DNA from: Bacillota bacterium
GTDB lineage: Bacteria; Bacillota; Clostridia; Peptostreptococcales; Anaerovoracaceae
Assembly: GCA_017612585.1 (NCBI GenBank)
Contig: JAGAFN010000011.1
Location: forward strand, 1-60,460
DNA length: 60,460 nt
Direction: 5' to 3'
This document shows, in pieces, positions 36,908 through 47,378 of this stretch. How positions within the stretch are numbered: position 1 is the stretch's first letter; each line of letters opens with the position of its first letter. The notes beneath the pieces are model-generated. The model was not told the DNA's origin. It did not search any database and worked only from the letters and a program-made list of their open reading frames with translations. A program made the position numbers and the translations under genes.

Positions 36908-37906
36908 TTAGCGATCCTCACGGAAATATGGAAGTCCGAGGCTCTCGGGTGGCTGATTCTCCCTCTTGTTTCTCATGCTTGTGATTATGAGCACGATGAT
37001 TGTCACCACATAAGGGAGCATCTTGTAGAGCTCCTTCACAGCGAGGTTCATGCCTGTCGGTATGAACAGGTATAGAATGAAAAGTCCGCCAAAAAGTATC
37101 GACGAGAACACGCCTACGTTAGGTCTCCAGATTGTAAATATTACGAGCGCGAGCGCGAGCCATCCTCTGTCGCCGAAAGCGTCGTTTGACCATACGCCGG
37201 AAGCATAATCCATTACATAATAGAGCCCGCCGAGTCCCGCTATCATGCAACCGATGCATGTGGCGAAGTATTTATACTTGGTGATATTTATTCCCGCTGC
37301 ATCCGCTGTTGCCGGATTCTCACCCACAGCTCGCAGCTGAAGTCCCGTCTGCGTTTTGTTCAAGAAGTAGGATGCCGCAAAAGCGATTATTATAGAAATA
37401 TACGCAAGGAATCCGTATGACAGGAATACTTTTCCGAACCAACCGAGCTTACTCGCGAACGGAAGCGACTTGCTGAAGAAGCTGCTCGTCGCAGAGAGTG
37501 CGATTGAAGGAACCTGCGCTCCCGTGATTTTTATTAACGATCCACCAAAGAAGTTTCCAAAGCCTACGCCAAACGTAGTCATTGCAAGGCCGGTTACATT
37601 TTGATTGGCTCTTAGTGTAACTGTCAGGAAGCAGTACAGAATACCCATTAGGAGCGAACCCATAAGACAGCATATGAGCGGAATCGCTATCGTAAGGAAT
37701 GCGTTCATGTTTTCTGCGGAGGCGCAGGCTCTTTCATAGAGGAACGCTCCTATTACTCCGCTTATTCCGCCAACATACATGACGCCCGGAAGTCCCAGAT
37801 TCAGATTACCTGACTTTTGGGTTATGGTTTCTCCCGCGCATCCGTACAGCAGAGGAACGCTCTGCATTACCGCTCTGGGGATGAATGATACGAGGAAGTT
37901 AAACAT
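36908..37906 (-). CDS. Nucleoside/purine ABC transporter permease
   Basis: BPD_transp_2 pattern GLQLRAVGENP..A.AAGI, GRGW-like DRGWLALA. Confidence 0.88.
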   Translation of the reverse strand: MFNFLVSFIPRAVMQSVPLLYGCAGETITQKSGNLNLGLPGVMYVGGISGVIGAFLYERACASAENMNAFLTIAIPLICCLMGSLLMGILYCFLTVTLRANQNVTGLAMTTFGVGFGNFFGGSLIKITGAQVPSIALSATSSFFSKSLPFASKLGWFGKVFLSYGFLAYISIIIAFAASYFLNKTQTGLQLRAVGENPATADAAGINITKYKYFATCIGCMIAGLGGLYYVMDYASGVWSNDAFGDRGWLALALVIFTIWRPNVGVFSSILFGGLFILYLFIPTGMNLAVKELYKMLPYVVTIIVLIITSMRNKRENQPPESLGLPYFREDR

Positions 37907-39026
37907 TCTGCCCCTCCTTTCTTTCGGCTTCCGCTTGTGAGGAAGCGGCTTTGCGAATATGCAATTTATAATTGATAAAGAATTCACTTCCGATTATGAA
38001 GAAGAGAATTATTCCAGTGAGTATATCTCCGAATGAATGATTGAGCCCGTAGATCGTGGAAATCTCGCTTGCGCCGCGTCCCAAGAACACTATGAGGAAT
38101 GAACTAAGTACCATTCCTATAGGATTGAACTTTGCAAGCCACGCAACCATTACAGCAGTAAAACCGCGACCTCCGGCTATCGTAGTTGTAATCGTATGAT
38201 CCGTTCCGCCTACAAGAAGGAGCCCCGCAAGGCCGCAGATTGCACCGGAAAGCAGCATCGTTCTCATGATAACTTTCTCGACCTTAATTCCCACGTAGCG
38301 CGCAGTGTTCTGGCTCTCTCCCACGACCGTAAGCTCATAGCCGTGCTTGCTGTATTTAAGATAGATATACATCGCAACCGTTAGAAGCGCGATGACCAAA
38401 ATATTCAAAAGATATTTATAAGGTCCTATCTGCGGAAGCCACCCCGCTTCTGTGTTTTGATTTATGATTCCGATTTTTCCGGAGCCTTTTGGAACTTCCC
38501 AGAAGATAACAAAGTATGCAACGAGCTGGGTCGCAACATAGTTCATCATGAGCGTAAAGAGCGTCTCGTTGGTATTCCATTTAGCTTTGAAGAATGCGGG
38601 GATGAATGCCCAAATTGCAGCTGCACCAATCGATGCGACAATCATCATGAGAATCAAAACAGCATTCGGGGTCTTGTCTCCAAAGAGTATCATGCACGCT
38701 GCTGCCGCAAGACCACCGATTAGTATTTGTCCTTCTCCTCCGAGGTTCCAAAATTTCATTCTGAATGCAGGAGTTAACGCGAGCGACACGCAGAGCAGCA
38801 TCGCGATTTCCTGACCGAGAACCCAAAGCTTTCTGGGTGTTCCAAACGCACCTGTGAACATCGTTTTGTATACGCTGATTGGATTTAGACCCGTAAGCAT
38901 CGTCGTTATGATTGCACATACTATAAGAGCTGCAAAAATCGCAATGATTCTTACTCCCCATGCCTGCCCAAACGACATCTCCTTACGCTTGCTTATTCTG
39001 ATTAGAGGTTCGCTGTTTTTATTCAT
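37899..39026 (-). CDS. Nucleoside/purine ABC transporter permease
   Basis: WNLGGEGQ, NETLFTLMMNY, GYEL..VGES. Confidence 0.88.
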   Translation of the reverse strand: MNKNSEPLIRISKRKEMSFGQAWGVRIIAIFAALIVCAIITTMLTGLNPISVYKTMFTGAFGTPRKLWVLGQEIAMLLCVSLALTPAFRMKFWNLGGEGQILIGGLAAAACMILFGDKTPNAVLILMMIVASIGAAAIWAFIPAFFKAKWNTNETLFTLMMNYVATQLVAYFVIFWEVPKGSGKIGIINQNTEAGWLPQIGPYKYLLNILVIALLTVAMYIYLKYSKHGYELTVVGESQNTARYVGIKVEKVIMRTMLLSGAICGLAGLLLVGGTDHTITTTIAGGRGFTAVMVAWLAKFNPIGMVLSSFLIVFLGRGASEISTIYGLNHSFGDILTGIILFFIIGSEFFINYKLHIRKAASSQAEAERKEGQNV

Positions 39027-40638
39027 TTGCGCCCTCCTCTATTGTTTTTACTGCAGTCTCAACCCTTACAGTGTTTGTGCTATCCTCTGGCCCTAAACTG
39101 TCAGCCGCACCAATACGTGTCATCATAAGTCCGACCTGATGCTTCTCTGCAGTTCTTCCGTCTATAATTCCGCTCACCTTACCTCCGCAGAGAACAAGTA
39201 TCCTATCGCAGAGTTCGAGCAATACATCCAGGTCTTCTCCGACATAGATTACTGCGACTCCGCGTTTCTTTTGTTTGTTTATTAAATCGTATATGGTATA
39301 TGATGCGTTGATGTCCAGACCTCTCACCGCATAAGCAGAAAGAAGCACTGTTGGCGCCGAGCTTATTTCTCTTCCAACCAGGATTTTCTGCACGTTTCCT
39401 CCGGAGAGTTTTCTGACCGGCGCGGAAACTCCCGGCGTGCTTACGTTAAGCTCTTCAATCACTTTTTCCGCGAGTGCCCTTGGGGTTTTCCTGTCTGTGA
39501 AAACTGACCTGCCACTTCTGAATGATCTCAACATCATATTGTCTGCAAGATCCATACTCGCAACAAGTCCCATTCCAAGTCTGTCCTCGGGAACAAAAGA
39601 GAGCGCGACGCCCATGTCGGATATTTTCATCGGATCTTTCCCGATAAGTTCTTCTTCTTTTCCATCGTCATAGATATATTTAATGCTTCCGCTCTCAACC
39701 TTTTGGAGTCCCGCGATGGCCTCCAGGAGCTCCTTCTGACCGCAACCCGAAATGCCTGCAATTCCAAGGATTTCACCCGAGTTGGCAGTAAACGAAACAT
39801 TGTCAAGTTTAAGAATTCCGTCCATTGTTTTGACAGAAAGGTTCTCCACTTTTATTCTAGGATGCGGATTCACCGGCTCCGGGCGCTCGATATCCAGGAA
39901 AACAGATCTTCCAACCATCATATTGGTCATCTTCTGCGCATTTGTGTCCTTGGTCATCATATCGCCGATATAGACACCTTTCCTCAAAACCGCAACACGA
40001 TCGGAAAGATCCTCAACCTCATGCATCTTGTGAGTGATTATTACTATTGCCTTTCCGTCGTCTCTCATATTTCTTAAAACAGCGAATAGCTTATCCGTTT
40101 CCTGCGGAGTAAGCACCGCCGTTGGTTCATCCAAAATCAAAATATCCGCACCGCGATAAAGCATCTTGACGATTTCCACCGTCTGCTTTTGGGATACGGA
40201 CATATCATAAATCTTCTGCGAAGGATCAACTTCGAATCCATACGCATCACAAATTTCTTTTATCTTCTTGTTTGCCGCTTCTATGTTGAACTTACCCTTA
40301 AGCCCAAGCACTATATTTTCCGCCGCAGTAAATACATCCACCAACTTAAAATGTTGATGAATCATTCCGATGCCATGATCAAACGCATCCTTTGGCGAGC
40401 TTATCTTAACTTCTTTTCCGTTAATCCTGATTGAACCGCTGTCCGGGTAATATATTCCGGAGAGCATGTTCATAAGAGTCGTTTTGCCACTGCCATTTTC
40501 TCCAAGAAGCGCAAGTATCTCGCCCTTATATATGTCCAGTGAGACATCGTCGTTTGCTTTGACTGTACCAAACGTTTTGGTTATATTCCGGAGCTCGACC
40601 GCAGCAATCTTCTCCTTACTATTATCTATGTCTGACAT
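39019..40638 (-). CDS. CUT2-type ABC ATPase (two domains)
   Basis: GENGSGKT, LDEPTAVLTPQE, LSGGNVQK. Confidence 0.92.
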   Translation of the reverse strand: MSDIDNSKEKIAAVELRNITKTFGTVKANDDVSLDIYKGEILALLGENGSGKTTLMNMLSGIYYPDSGSIRINGKEVKISSPKDAFDHGIGMIHQHFKLVDVFTAAENIVLGLKGKFNIEAANKKIKEICDAYGFEVDPSQKIYDMSVSQKQTVEIVKMLYRGADILILDEPTAVLTPQETDKLFAVLRNMRDDGKAIVIITHKMHEVEDLSDRVAVLRKGVYIGDMMTKDTNAQKMTNMMVGRSVFLDIERPEPVNPHPRIKVENLSVKTMDGILKLDNVSFTANSGEILGIAGISGCGQKELLEAIAGLQKVESGSIKYIYDDGKEEELIGKDPMKISDMGVALSFVPEDRLGMGLVASMDLADNMMLRSFRSGRSVFTDRKTPRALAEKVIEELNVSTPGVSAPVRKLSGGNVQKILVGREISSAPTVLLSAYAVRGLDINASYTIYDLINKQKKRGVAVIYVGEDLDVLLELCDRILVLCGGKVSGIIDGRTAEKHQVGLMMTRIGAADSLGPEDSTNTVRVETAVKTIEEGANE

Positions 40639-40667
40639 TAGTTCAAAACTTCCTTTATAAATACAAT

Positions 40668-40955
40668 AGTATCGCTTCAAAATAAGTAATGTAGATTACG
40701 CTCTCGCGGTCCTCGTCGCCTGCAATCAAATCGAACGACTCGTTAACTTTCGGGAGTGTGGATAAACTCGCCCTTCAGCCTTGGACTGCAACAGCCTTAA
40801 CGCAAAGTACCTTTGCTTAAGGCATGTTGCGTCCTCGTCCTTCGGGCTCAAACAGTATCCACACTCCAACGAAAGTTTTCCTCGCGTGTTCGAATGATTG
40901 CCACGGCTTCTGCGGAAGCGTTCGCGTAAACCACATTCTTATTTTTCGCGATACT
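40668..40955. repeat. About 290-bp nested palindromic intergenic element
   Basis: Ends AGTATCGC/GCGATACT; inner stem GGAGTGTGGATA (40753)/TATCCACACTCC (40856); central GCAAAG/CTTTGC. Confidence 0.7.
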
Positions 40956-40961
40956 TTATGT

Positions 40962-42197
40962 TTAGAATGCTGTGTCGAGAAGTGTGATGCCGTCTATTGA
41001 AAGATCAAAGTACGGAGCCGATCTGAATTCGGATTCGTGGAAATATCCGTCTGCAATTACTTCTGTATCACCTGTATGTGCAGGATCTGTGTCAACATCG
41101 GCAAGATAGCTTTCGAGTTTCTTTCCTTCGATTGTGAATGCGCTTGTATCAAATACCTGAAGTGTTCCTGCGTTGAGCGCAGCCTTTACTTCTTCGATCT
41201 TTGCTACTGTTCCTTTTGCTGCAACCTTCTCGTTAACATCTGTCAGTGCTACGGAGCCTGTTGCAAGTGTTCCTGTCCAATCTGCCGGGATTTCTTCGCC
41301 GTTCTTAACTGCGTTTACTACATACACATAGTAAGGTGTCCAGTCGATTCTCGAAGAAACAATGAATGTGTTCGGACAAGCATCAATTGTGCTCCCGTTA
41401 TAAGAAACGTTTGGAACGCCTGCTGTTTCGCAAGCTGTAGGAGCTCCCATGGAGTCCGCGTGCTGGCTGATGAGTACACAACCGTTGTTGATGAGTTTGG
41501 TTGCACCTTCCTTCTCAGCAGTTTCGTCATACCAGGAGCCTGTGAATGTAACTTCCATTGTTACGCTCGGGCAGATTGACTTTGCGCCGAGATAGAAAGA
41601 CGTGTATCCGGAGATTACTTCAGCATATGTGAATGCTCCGATGTATCCCATCTTGGCCTGCTCTGCCGTAATTTTACCTTCTTCTATCATTTCGTTAAGC
41701 TTCATGCCTGCAGCAACACCCGCAAGATATCTTCCCTGATAGATGGAAGCGAATGCGTTGTGGTAGTTTGAAAGTCCCTCTGTATGAGCCTTTGTTCCTG
41801 TGGAATGGCAGAACTGAACTTCCGGAAATTCCTTTGCTGCCTGAATCATATAGTCCTCGTGACCAAATGAATCTGCAAAGATAATTGAGCAGCCCGCATC
41901 GGCGAGTTCCGCCGCTGCATCGTAACACTCCTGACCCTCAGGAATGTTTGTGCGTATGATTGCTTCAAAGCCAAGCTCTGCAGCTGCAGCCTTTGCAGCA
42001 TTGATGAAGTTAAGGTCGTAAGTTGAGTTCTCATCGTGAAGCATTATGAATCCAACCTTGAGGCCTTCTTCTGTTGTTTCGCCACCTGAGTTACCACCGC
42101 TGTTTCCACCACTCGGTGCATCCTTGCTTCCGCAAGCAGCAAGCATACTCATGGCGAGCACTACAATCAAGATGAGCGCCAATACTTTCTTTTTCAT
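40962..42197 (-). CDS. BMP-family purine/nucleoside-binding lipoprotein
   Basis: Lipobox LAAC, SFGH, GSWYD...E, ISQHADS. Confidence 0.9.
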   Translation of the reverse strand: MKKKVLALILIVVLAMSMLAACGSKDAPSGGNSGGNSGGETTEEGLKVGFIMLHDENSTYDLNFINAAKAAAAELGFEAIIRTNIPEGQECYDAAAELADAGCSIIFADSFGHEDYMIQAAKEFPEVQFCHSTGTKAHTEGLSNYHNAFASIYQGRYLAGVAAGMKLNEMIEEGKITAEQAKMGYIGAFTYAEVISGYTSFYLGAKSICPSVTMEVTFTGSWYDETAEKEGATKLINNGCVLISQHADSMGAPTACETAGVPNVSYNGSTIDACPNTFIVSSRIDWTPYYVYVVNAVKNGEEIPADWTGTLATGSVALTDVNEKVAAKGTVAKIEEVKAALNAGTLQVFDTSAFTIEGKKLESYLADVDTDPAHTGDTEVIADGYFHESEFRSAPYFDLSIDGITLLDTAF

Positions 42198-42348
42198 TTT
42201 TCTTCCTCCTCGTTTTTGCTTTCTTATAAACCTTATACATCTCGGTATGGCGATTATATAATTCCTTATATGGTTGATTAAATAATCGCTTACCGTTTAT
42301 GTCTCTTTAAAATGCAGTTTCGTATTTAAATGCAATTGCATCTTTAAT

Positions 42349-42924
42349 CTAGTTGTTCCTGAATACAATAGTGTCCGCAGACATGCTTTCGATTGCGGCC
42401 AGAGCCTCAACTCTTATGCCACGTCCTCTTATCTCGTCTCCTCCACCTTGGAAACATTTCTCAATTGCAACAGCAACCCCGACGGGCTCAGCGCCGGCCT
42501 GTTTAACCAATGACAGAAGCCCGTTAAGCGCCTGCCCGTTGGCAAGAAAATCATCGACTATAAGAATTCTTTCTCCTTGCGATAAGAAATCTATGCTTAC
42601 CACAACGCTGTAATCCTCATCTCTCGTAAACGAGTGTACATCTGCAGAATAGAATGCTCCATCTACGTTGCTCGTCAGATGTTTCTTTGCAAACACGACC
42701 GGAACTCCTATTTCCATTCCCGCCGCAACAGCAATCGATATTCCGCTGGCTTCTATCGTGAGAATCTTATCTATTTTTTCGCCCGAGTAAAGCTCGGCGA
42801 TCTCTTTCCCCATCTTCTTCAGGAAGTCTGTATCTATTTGCTGATTAAGAAAGCTTCCCACCTTCAGAATTCCTCCGGAAATAACTTTTCCTTCAGCCAA
42901 AATTTTTTCTTGCATTTCTTTCAT
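42349..42924 (-). CDS. xpt: Xanthine phosphoribosyltransferase
   Basis: LKV.SFLN.QID, TIEASGI, VHSFT, VDDFLANG, IEK.FQ.G. Confidence 0.95.
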   Translation of the reverse strand: MKEMQEKILAEGKVISGGILKVGSFLNQQIDTDFLKKMGKEIAELYSGEKIDKILTIEASGISIAVAAGMEIGVPVVFAKKHLTSNVDGAFYSADVHSFTRDEDYSVVVSIDFLSQGERILIVDDFLANGQALNGLLSLVKQAGAEPVGVAVAIEKCFQGGGDEIRGRGIRVEALAAIESMSADTIVFRNN

Positions 42925-42941
42925 ATTCTTCCCTCTTCACC

Positions 42942-42972
42942 AAAAATAAAAAAGCAGACCATCTAGTCCGCC
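42942..42972 (-). terminator. Riboswitch expression-platform terminator
   Basis: GCGGAC-TAGATG-GTCTGC followed by TTTTTTATTTTT, just upstream of the xpt RBS. Confidence 0.75.
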
Positions 42973-43027
42973 AATCTCAAATACAATATTTGCTAATGCC
43001 ATCAAGCAAATTGCAAATAATACTTGA

Positions 43028-43115
43028 GCCAATAGTCGTGAATTTGCTCCCCGGTTAGGGCTGAGCGGGCTTCATCGGTAGAAACATTCGGGCCATTATC
43101 CGAACCTATATTGGC
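43028..43115 (-). ncRNA. Guanine (purine) riboswitch aptamer with extra hairpin in L3
   Basis: P1 GCCAATA/TATTGGC, L2 ATAATGG, J2/3 GTTTCTAC, J3/1 GACTA (C discriminator), located upstream of xpt. Confidence 0.88.
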
Positions 43116-43185
43116 AGAGTATTCAACTGCCGTCATTATACCAAAAATAACACGCTCTGTGCACAAAAATGAACAAAAAACAAAA

Positions 43186-43326
43186 AATGGCAGCAATGCT
43201 ATGTCGCACGGGTCGCTCGCGCTCAGTCCTCGCGCAGCGGTACTAAGCTCTCGCTACGCGTTCCGCTTGCGAATCGCTAAGTACCGGCGCTGTGGAAGCC
43301 CTTTGCGACACACCAGCTCCGCCATA
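43186..43326. repeat. Palindromic REP/MITE-like element, copy B
   Basis: Shares GTCCTCGCGCAGCGGTACTAAGC and CGCTAAG.ACCGGCGCTG.GGA with 11494-11652; TGTCGCA/TGCGACA arms. Confidence 0.75.
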
Positions 43327-43332
43327 TTTCAA

Positions 43333-44667
43333 TTATTTTTTGTTACTTTTTCGCCAGATTTTCTGGTTTTCGGCGGCGGCGATTAGGTCGTCCCTAAAGT
43401 TCGGGTGAGCTATGGAAATAAGCATTTCCGCCCTCTCCCATGTGCTCCTTCCGGTTAGGTTCACGCCTCCGTATTCGGTCACTATGAAATAGGCTTGGCT
43501 TCTCGGGTCAGTTACGATATCCCCATGGAAATACGGCTTGATATTTGAGTGCATCGTCCCATCTTTATCAGTAAATGTGGAATCAAGACAGATGAATGCT
43601 TTGCCGCCTCTGGCCATTGATGCACCCGTCAGATAGTCGAGCTGACCGCCCGTTCCGCTGATTTGGCGGAATCCCACGCTCTCCGCATTTATCTGCCCGT
43701 AGAGATCCACGGATATGCAGTTATTTATCGATACCATATTGTCAAACTGCGCAATATGCTCAGGCGCGTTGACATACGACAATGGCGCTATCATTACCTC
43801 AGGATTCCTGTTTACCCATTTGTAGAGGCGGTCGGATCCGAGGACGAGTCCCGTGAGGCCTTTTCCCGGGAAGAGTCTCTTCCTTCTGTTTGTAATCTTG
43901 CCCGCCCTGTATAGCTCGTAATATGCGTCGGAACAGAGCTCCGTATGCATCGATAAATCCTTCACATCCGATTCCGCAATCGCTTTTCCGATTATGTTCG
44001 GCATGGTTCCAATGCCGAGCTGGAGCGCCGATCCATCCTGAATATGCGGAAGTATGAAACTTGCAATCGCATTATCGTTCTCGCTTGCCTCTCCTATCGG
44101 AATCTGCATCAACTCAGGATGCTCGCCCTCGACTATATAATCGACTTCGGAAATATGAATCGATTCATCGAAGGCACCGTAGATATACGGGAGATTGTCG
44201 TTTATTTCCAAAATTACGATGTCCGCCTTGTCGAGAATACCCTTTGCGATTCCTGTGGCACAGGAGAGATTGAAGTATCCGTGATCGTCCATCGGCGGAA
44301 CCGCCATCATAGCAACGTTAACAGTAAGGAAGACGCGATAATACTCCGTGCAATCACGGAATACCATCGGAATATAATTGCAGAGCCCTTTGTCTCCGAG
44401 CGCACGCTCGTACGAAGAGCAATGCCAACTGTTATAGATAAAATGTTCCCTCTCGGGATCCGCCTCCACGGTCTTGATTGGACCAAAGATAAGGTTGCCG
44501 CGAATCTTTACGTCGCTGAGTTCGTCCTTACGCTTGGCAAGCGCATCATCCAGAAGATACGGGAAGCTTACGTTGGTCGTATAATCGACCCAGTCCCCGC
44601 TTTTAATTACCTGCACGGCCTCCTCGGGAGTTCTCAGTTTTTTCTTGTACTCTTTGATAAAGTCCAT
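43333..44667 (-). CDS. Butyryl-CoA:acetate CoA-transferase-like acyl-CoA transferase
   Basis: IKSGDWVDY, LQLGIG, HTE, QISGTGGQLD, STWERAE..ISIAHP. Confidence 0.82.
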   Translation of the reverse strand: MDFIKEYKKKLRTPEEAVQVIKSGDWVDYTTNVSFPYLLDDALAKRKDELSDVKIRGNLIFGPIKTVEADPEREHFIYNSWHCSSYERALGDKGLCNYIPMVFRDCTEYYRVFLTVNVAMMAVPPMDDHGYFNLSCATGIAKGILDKADIVILEINDNLPYIYGAFDESIHISEVDYIVEGEHPELMQIPIGEASENDNAIASFILPHIQDGSALQLGIGTMPNIIGKAIAESDVKDLSMHTELCSDAYYELYRAGKITNRRKRLFPGKGLTGLVLGSDRLYKWVNRNPEVMIAPLSYVNAPEHIAQFDNMVSINNCISVDLYGQINAESVGFRQISGTGGQLDYLTGASMARGGKAFICLDSTFTDKDGTMHSNIKPYFHGDIVTDPRSQAYFIVTEYGGVNLTGRSTWERAEMLISIAHPNFRDDLIAAAENQKIWRKSNKK

Positions 44668-44687
44668 GGCACCTCCAATAAGCAAAA

Positions 44688-45545
44688 TCACCAGGTTGTA
44701 GGCGGTTTATAGAATTCGAATATTACGGAGTCGTTATCATTTTTGTCTTCAGGGTCGTGGCTCGTCCAGCAAACTTTCTTTGCACCGAGAAGTTCCGCCA
44801 GTTTAACCGTCCAAGTCTTCTTACCGCCAAGCCCATATGCTATGAAATGCGGCCTTCCTACGAAATTGAAAATGCAGTACGCCGAGCAGATTCTCAAGAA
44901 TCTGGAAAACTTGTCGTCATACCATTCATACGCATTGGCAAGCTGCCCTCTATAGAGATCTGGTGCATGCCTCCTGAACCAAAATACTATTCTGAAGTCA
45001 AAGCTCTCAACGCAGTAAAGCCTGCTTCCCTTCTCGGGGCCAGCATGTGCTCTGTCATATTCCCTGAGATACTCCATTGCCTTCTCGCATAGCAGGCGAT
45101 TCCTCTTCCCACCCTTGAACTCAATTATGATAGGAACCCTGCCGTCTACAATGCTAAGCACCTCGGACAATGTCGGTATGCTTTCGTCGCTATCAAGGAG
45201 CTTAAAGCTTTTTAGTTCTTCCAAGGTATAGTTATAGACAGGCCCATCTATTCCACACATTCTCTTAAGTCCTTCGTCGTGGAATACGACGATCTCTTCA
45301 TCCTTTGAGAGTTGAATGTCGAGTTCGATGCCGTAACCTGCATTCACGGCAGCAGTAAACGACGCAATAGAATTCTCCGGAACGGAACCGTCCCGGCTAT
45401 AGAGACCCCTATGGGCAAAATATCTGTTTTGGAAGGGCTTGGCCCTGTCGTCATCCGGCCTTCTCGGAGCAACAGCAAATACGGCGAGTCCCGCCGCTGC
45501 GCCCGCGATTAGGCCCAAAATAAAGCCTTTGTTCATACCATTCAT
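44688..45545 (-). CDS. Glycerophosphodiester phosphodiesterase family protein
   Basis: AHRG, ENS, ELD, VFHD, IEFK; N-terminal anchor. Confidence 0.88.
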   Translation of the reverse strand: MNGMNKGFILGLIAGAAAGLAVFAVAPRRPDDDRAKPFQNRYFAHRGLYSRDGSVPENSIASFTAAVNAGYGIELDIQLSKDEEIVVFHDEGLKRMCGIDGPVYNYTLEELKSFKLLDSDESIPTLSEVLSIVDGRVPIIIEFKGGKRNRLLCEKAMEYLREYDRAHAGPEKGSRLYCVESFDFRIVFWFRRHAPDLYRGQLANAYEWYDDKFSRFLRICSAYCIFNFVGRPHFIAYGLGGKKTWTVKLAELLGAKKVCWTSHDPEDKNDNDSVIFEFYKPPTTW

Positions 45546-45727
45546 TATAGCCGAATGCGGCCTTTAATAAAAGCATTTTGTGCTGAATTTAGGGGGCGAA
45601 ATTCTCATTAAAATGTTGTAGAATATTAGTGCGTATATATTCTTACGTTTGCATATCCTATGCCGTATCACTCCCTATGTCTATATAATAAAAACGCTAT
45701 TATACTGTTTTGTTACGGAGGCTCACA

Positions 45728-47296
45728 ATGAAGCTAAACTACAAACGAACTATTTTTGTCGGATTTGCATTCTTTCTGATTTGCGCGTTCTGGCAGGCAT
45801 ACGACAATACAATCCCTCTAATACTGACCAACAAATTCGGAATGTCCCAGACATGGTCCGGACTCATAATGGCACTGGATAATATTCTGGCCCTATTTAT
45901 GCTTCCGCTCTTTGGCGCACTTTCGGACAGAACCAAGAGCAAAAGAGGAAGAAGAACTCCGTATATTCTCTTTGGCACAATCGTTGCCGTCTTGGCATTT
46001 ATAGGACTATCCCTTGTGGATGCAGCGCAGCTAAAACAGATTAACGCGGTTTCCGGAATTGACGATCCTGCCTCAATGGAAGCAATCTATGACAAAGCCA
46101 CCGAACTCGATTCCGATATTCTTTCTCCCGACGGAACCACGTTTAAACTTCAGGATAAATACACAAAGGAAGAATTCGTAGCAATCCAGAGCACTATTCC
46201 AAGCGGAAACTCATCAGGAGCCGCAACCATCACGAATCCCGACTATACAAAGTATGTCGCTCCGGCAAGACAGGCAGTGGTAAAAAGCATAACATCCGAT
46301 AACAAAGGAAATCTAGTGATATTTATAATACTTCTCCTCGTCACGCTTGTTGCGATGTCGACATTCAGGTCGCCCGCGGTTGCGCTCATGCCTGACGTAA
46401 CTATTAAACCCCTGCGTTCCAAGGCGAACGCAATAATAAACCTCATGGGTTCCGCCGGCGGAATAATAGTGCTCGCACTGGGAATCGTGTTCGGGACGAG
46501 CAAGCTCAAGAATTCACTTATGGGATACACCCCTTACTTTGTAGTAATCGCAGCGATAATGATTGTATCTCTCGTGATATTCATGCTAACCGTCAAAGAA
46601 CCGAAATTCGTATCAGAGATGCACGAACAAAGTCTCCGCTACGGAATAGTGGAAGAGGATTGCGATGCCGCCGGCTCAAGCAAGAAGCTCACCGCAGCAG
46701 AAAAACGCTCACTTATATTCATTCTGGCATCGATTATTCTCTGGTTTATGGGATATAATGCGGTTACTTCCAAATACTCCGTCTATGCGAGTTCGGTTCT
46801 TCATAAGGACTATAACCTTACGCTGATTCTCGCACAGGCCGCAGCGATTGTTTCTTATCTCCCCGTCGGAATCATAGCTTCCAAAGTCGGAAGAAAGAAA
46901 ACGATTCTCGCAGGCGTTGTGATGCTCGCGACATCATTTGCGGTCGCCGCATTCATGAGATCGGAGAGTCCAACCATGCTTATGAACTGCATGTTCGCTC
47001 TCGCCGGAATCGGCTGGGCAACGATAAACGTAAACTCATTCCCAATGGTAGTAGAAATGTGCGCGGGCTGTGATGTCGGACGTTACACAGGATACTACTA
47101 CACCGCATCCATGGCCGCACAGGTGATAACCCCTATCTTCTCGGGCTTCCTTATGGACAAACTCGGAATGATGACCCTCTTCCCCTATGCTGCAATCTTC
47201 GCCGCCGCCGCATTCTTCACGATGCTGAACGTAAAGCACGGCGACTCCAAACCGGAGTCAAAGAAGGGACTGGAGGCATTAGAGGATTTGGAATAA
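45728..47296 (+). CDS. MFS transporter (MalT/SLC45-like)
   Basis: GALSDRT...GRRTPY, ALMPD.T, INVNS.PMV; about 12 TM segments plus a large hydrophilic loop. Confidence 0.88.
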   Translation: MKLNYKRTIFVGFAFFLICAFWQAYDNTIPLILTNKFGMSQTWSGLIMALDNILALFMLPLFGALSDRTKSKRGRRTPYILFGTIVAVLAFIGLSLVDAAQLKQINAVSGIDDPASMEAIYDKATELDSDILSPDGTTFKLQDKYTKEEFVAIQSTIPSGNSSGAATITNPDYTKYVAPARQAVVKSITSDNKGNLVIFIILLLVTLVAMSTFRSPAVALMPDVTIKPLRSKANAIINLMGSAGGIIVLALGIVFGTSKLKNSLMGYTPYFVVIAAIMIVSLVIFMLTVKEPKFVSEMHEQSLRYGIVEEDCDAAGSSKKLTAAEKRSLIFILASIILWFMGYNAVTSKYSVYASSVLHKDYNLTLILAQAAAIVSYLPVGIIASKVGRKKTILAGVVMLATSFAVAAFMRSESPTMLMNCMFALAGIGWATINVNSFPMVVEMCAGCDVGRYTGYYYTASMAAQVITPIFSGFLMDKLGMMTLFPYAAIFAAAAFFTMLNVKHGDSKPESKKGLEALEDLE

Positions 47297-47316
47297 TCAA
47301 AATCGATTTGCAAAAC

Positions 47317-47348
47317 AACAGCGCGGCCTCGAGCCGCGCTGTTTTATT
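47317..47348 (+). terminator. Terminator of the MFS gene
   Basis: AACAGCGCGGC/GCCGCGCTGTT stem plus TTATT. Confidence 0.75.
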
Positions 47349-47378
47349 ATACAACAAAAGCATGGTCCTTCCACTCGC

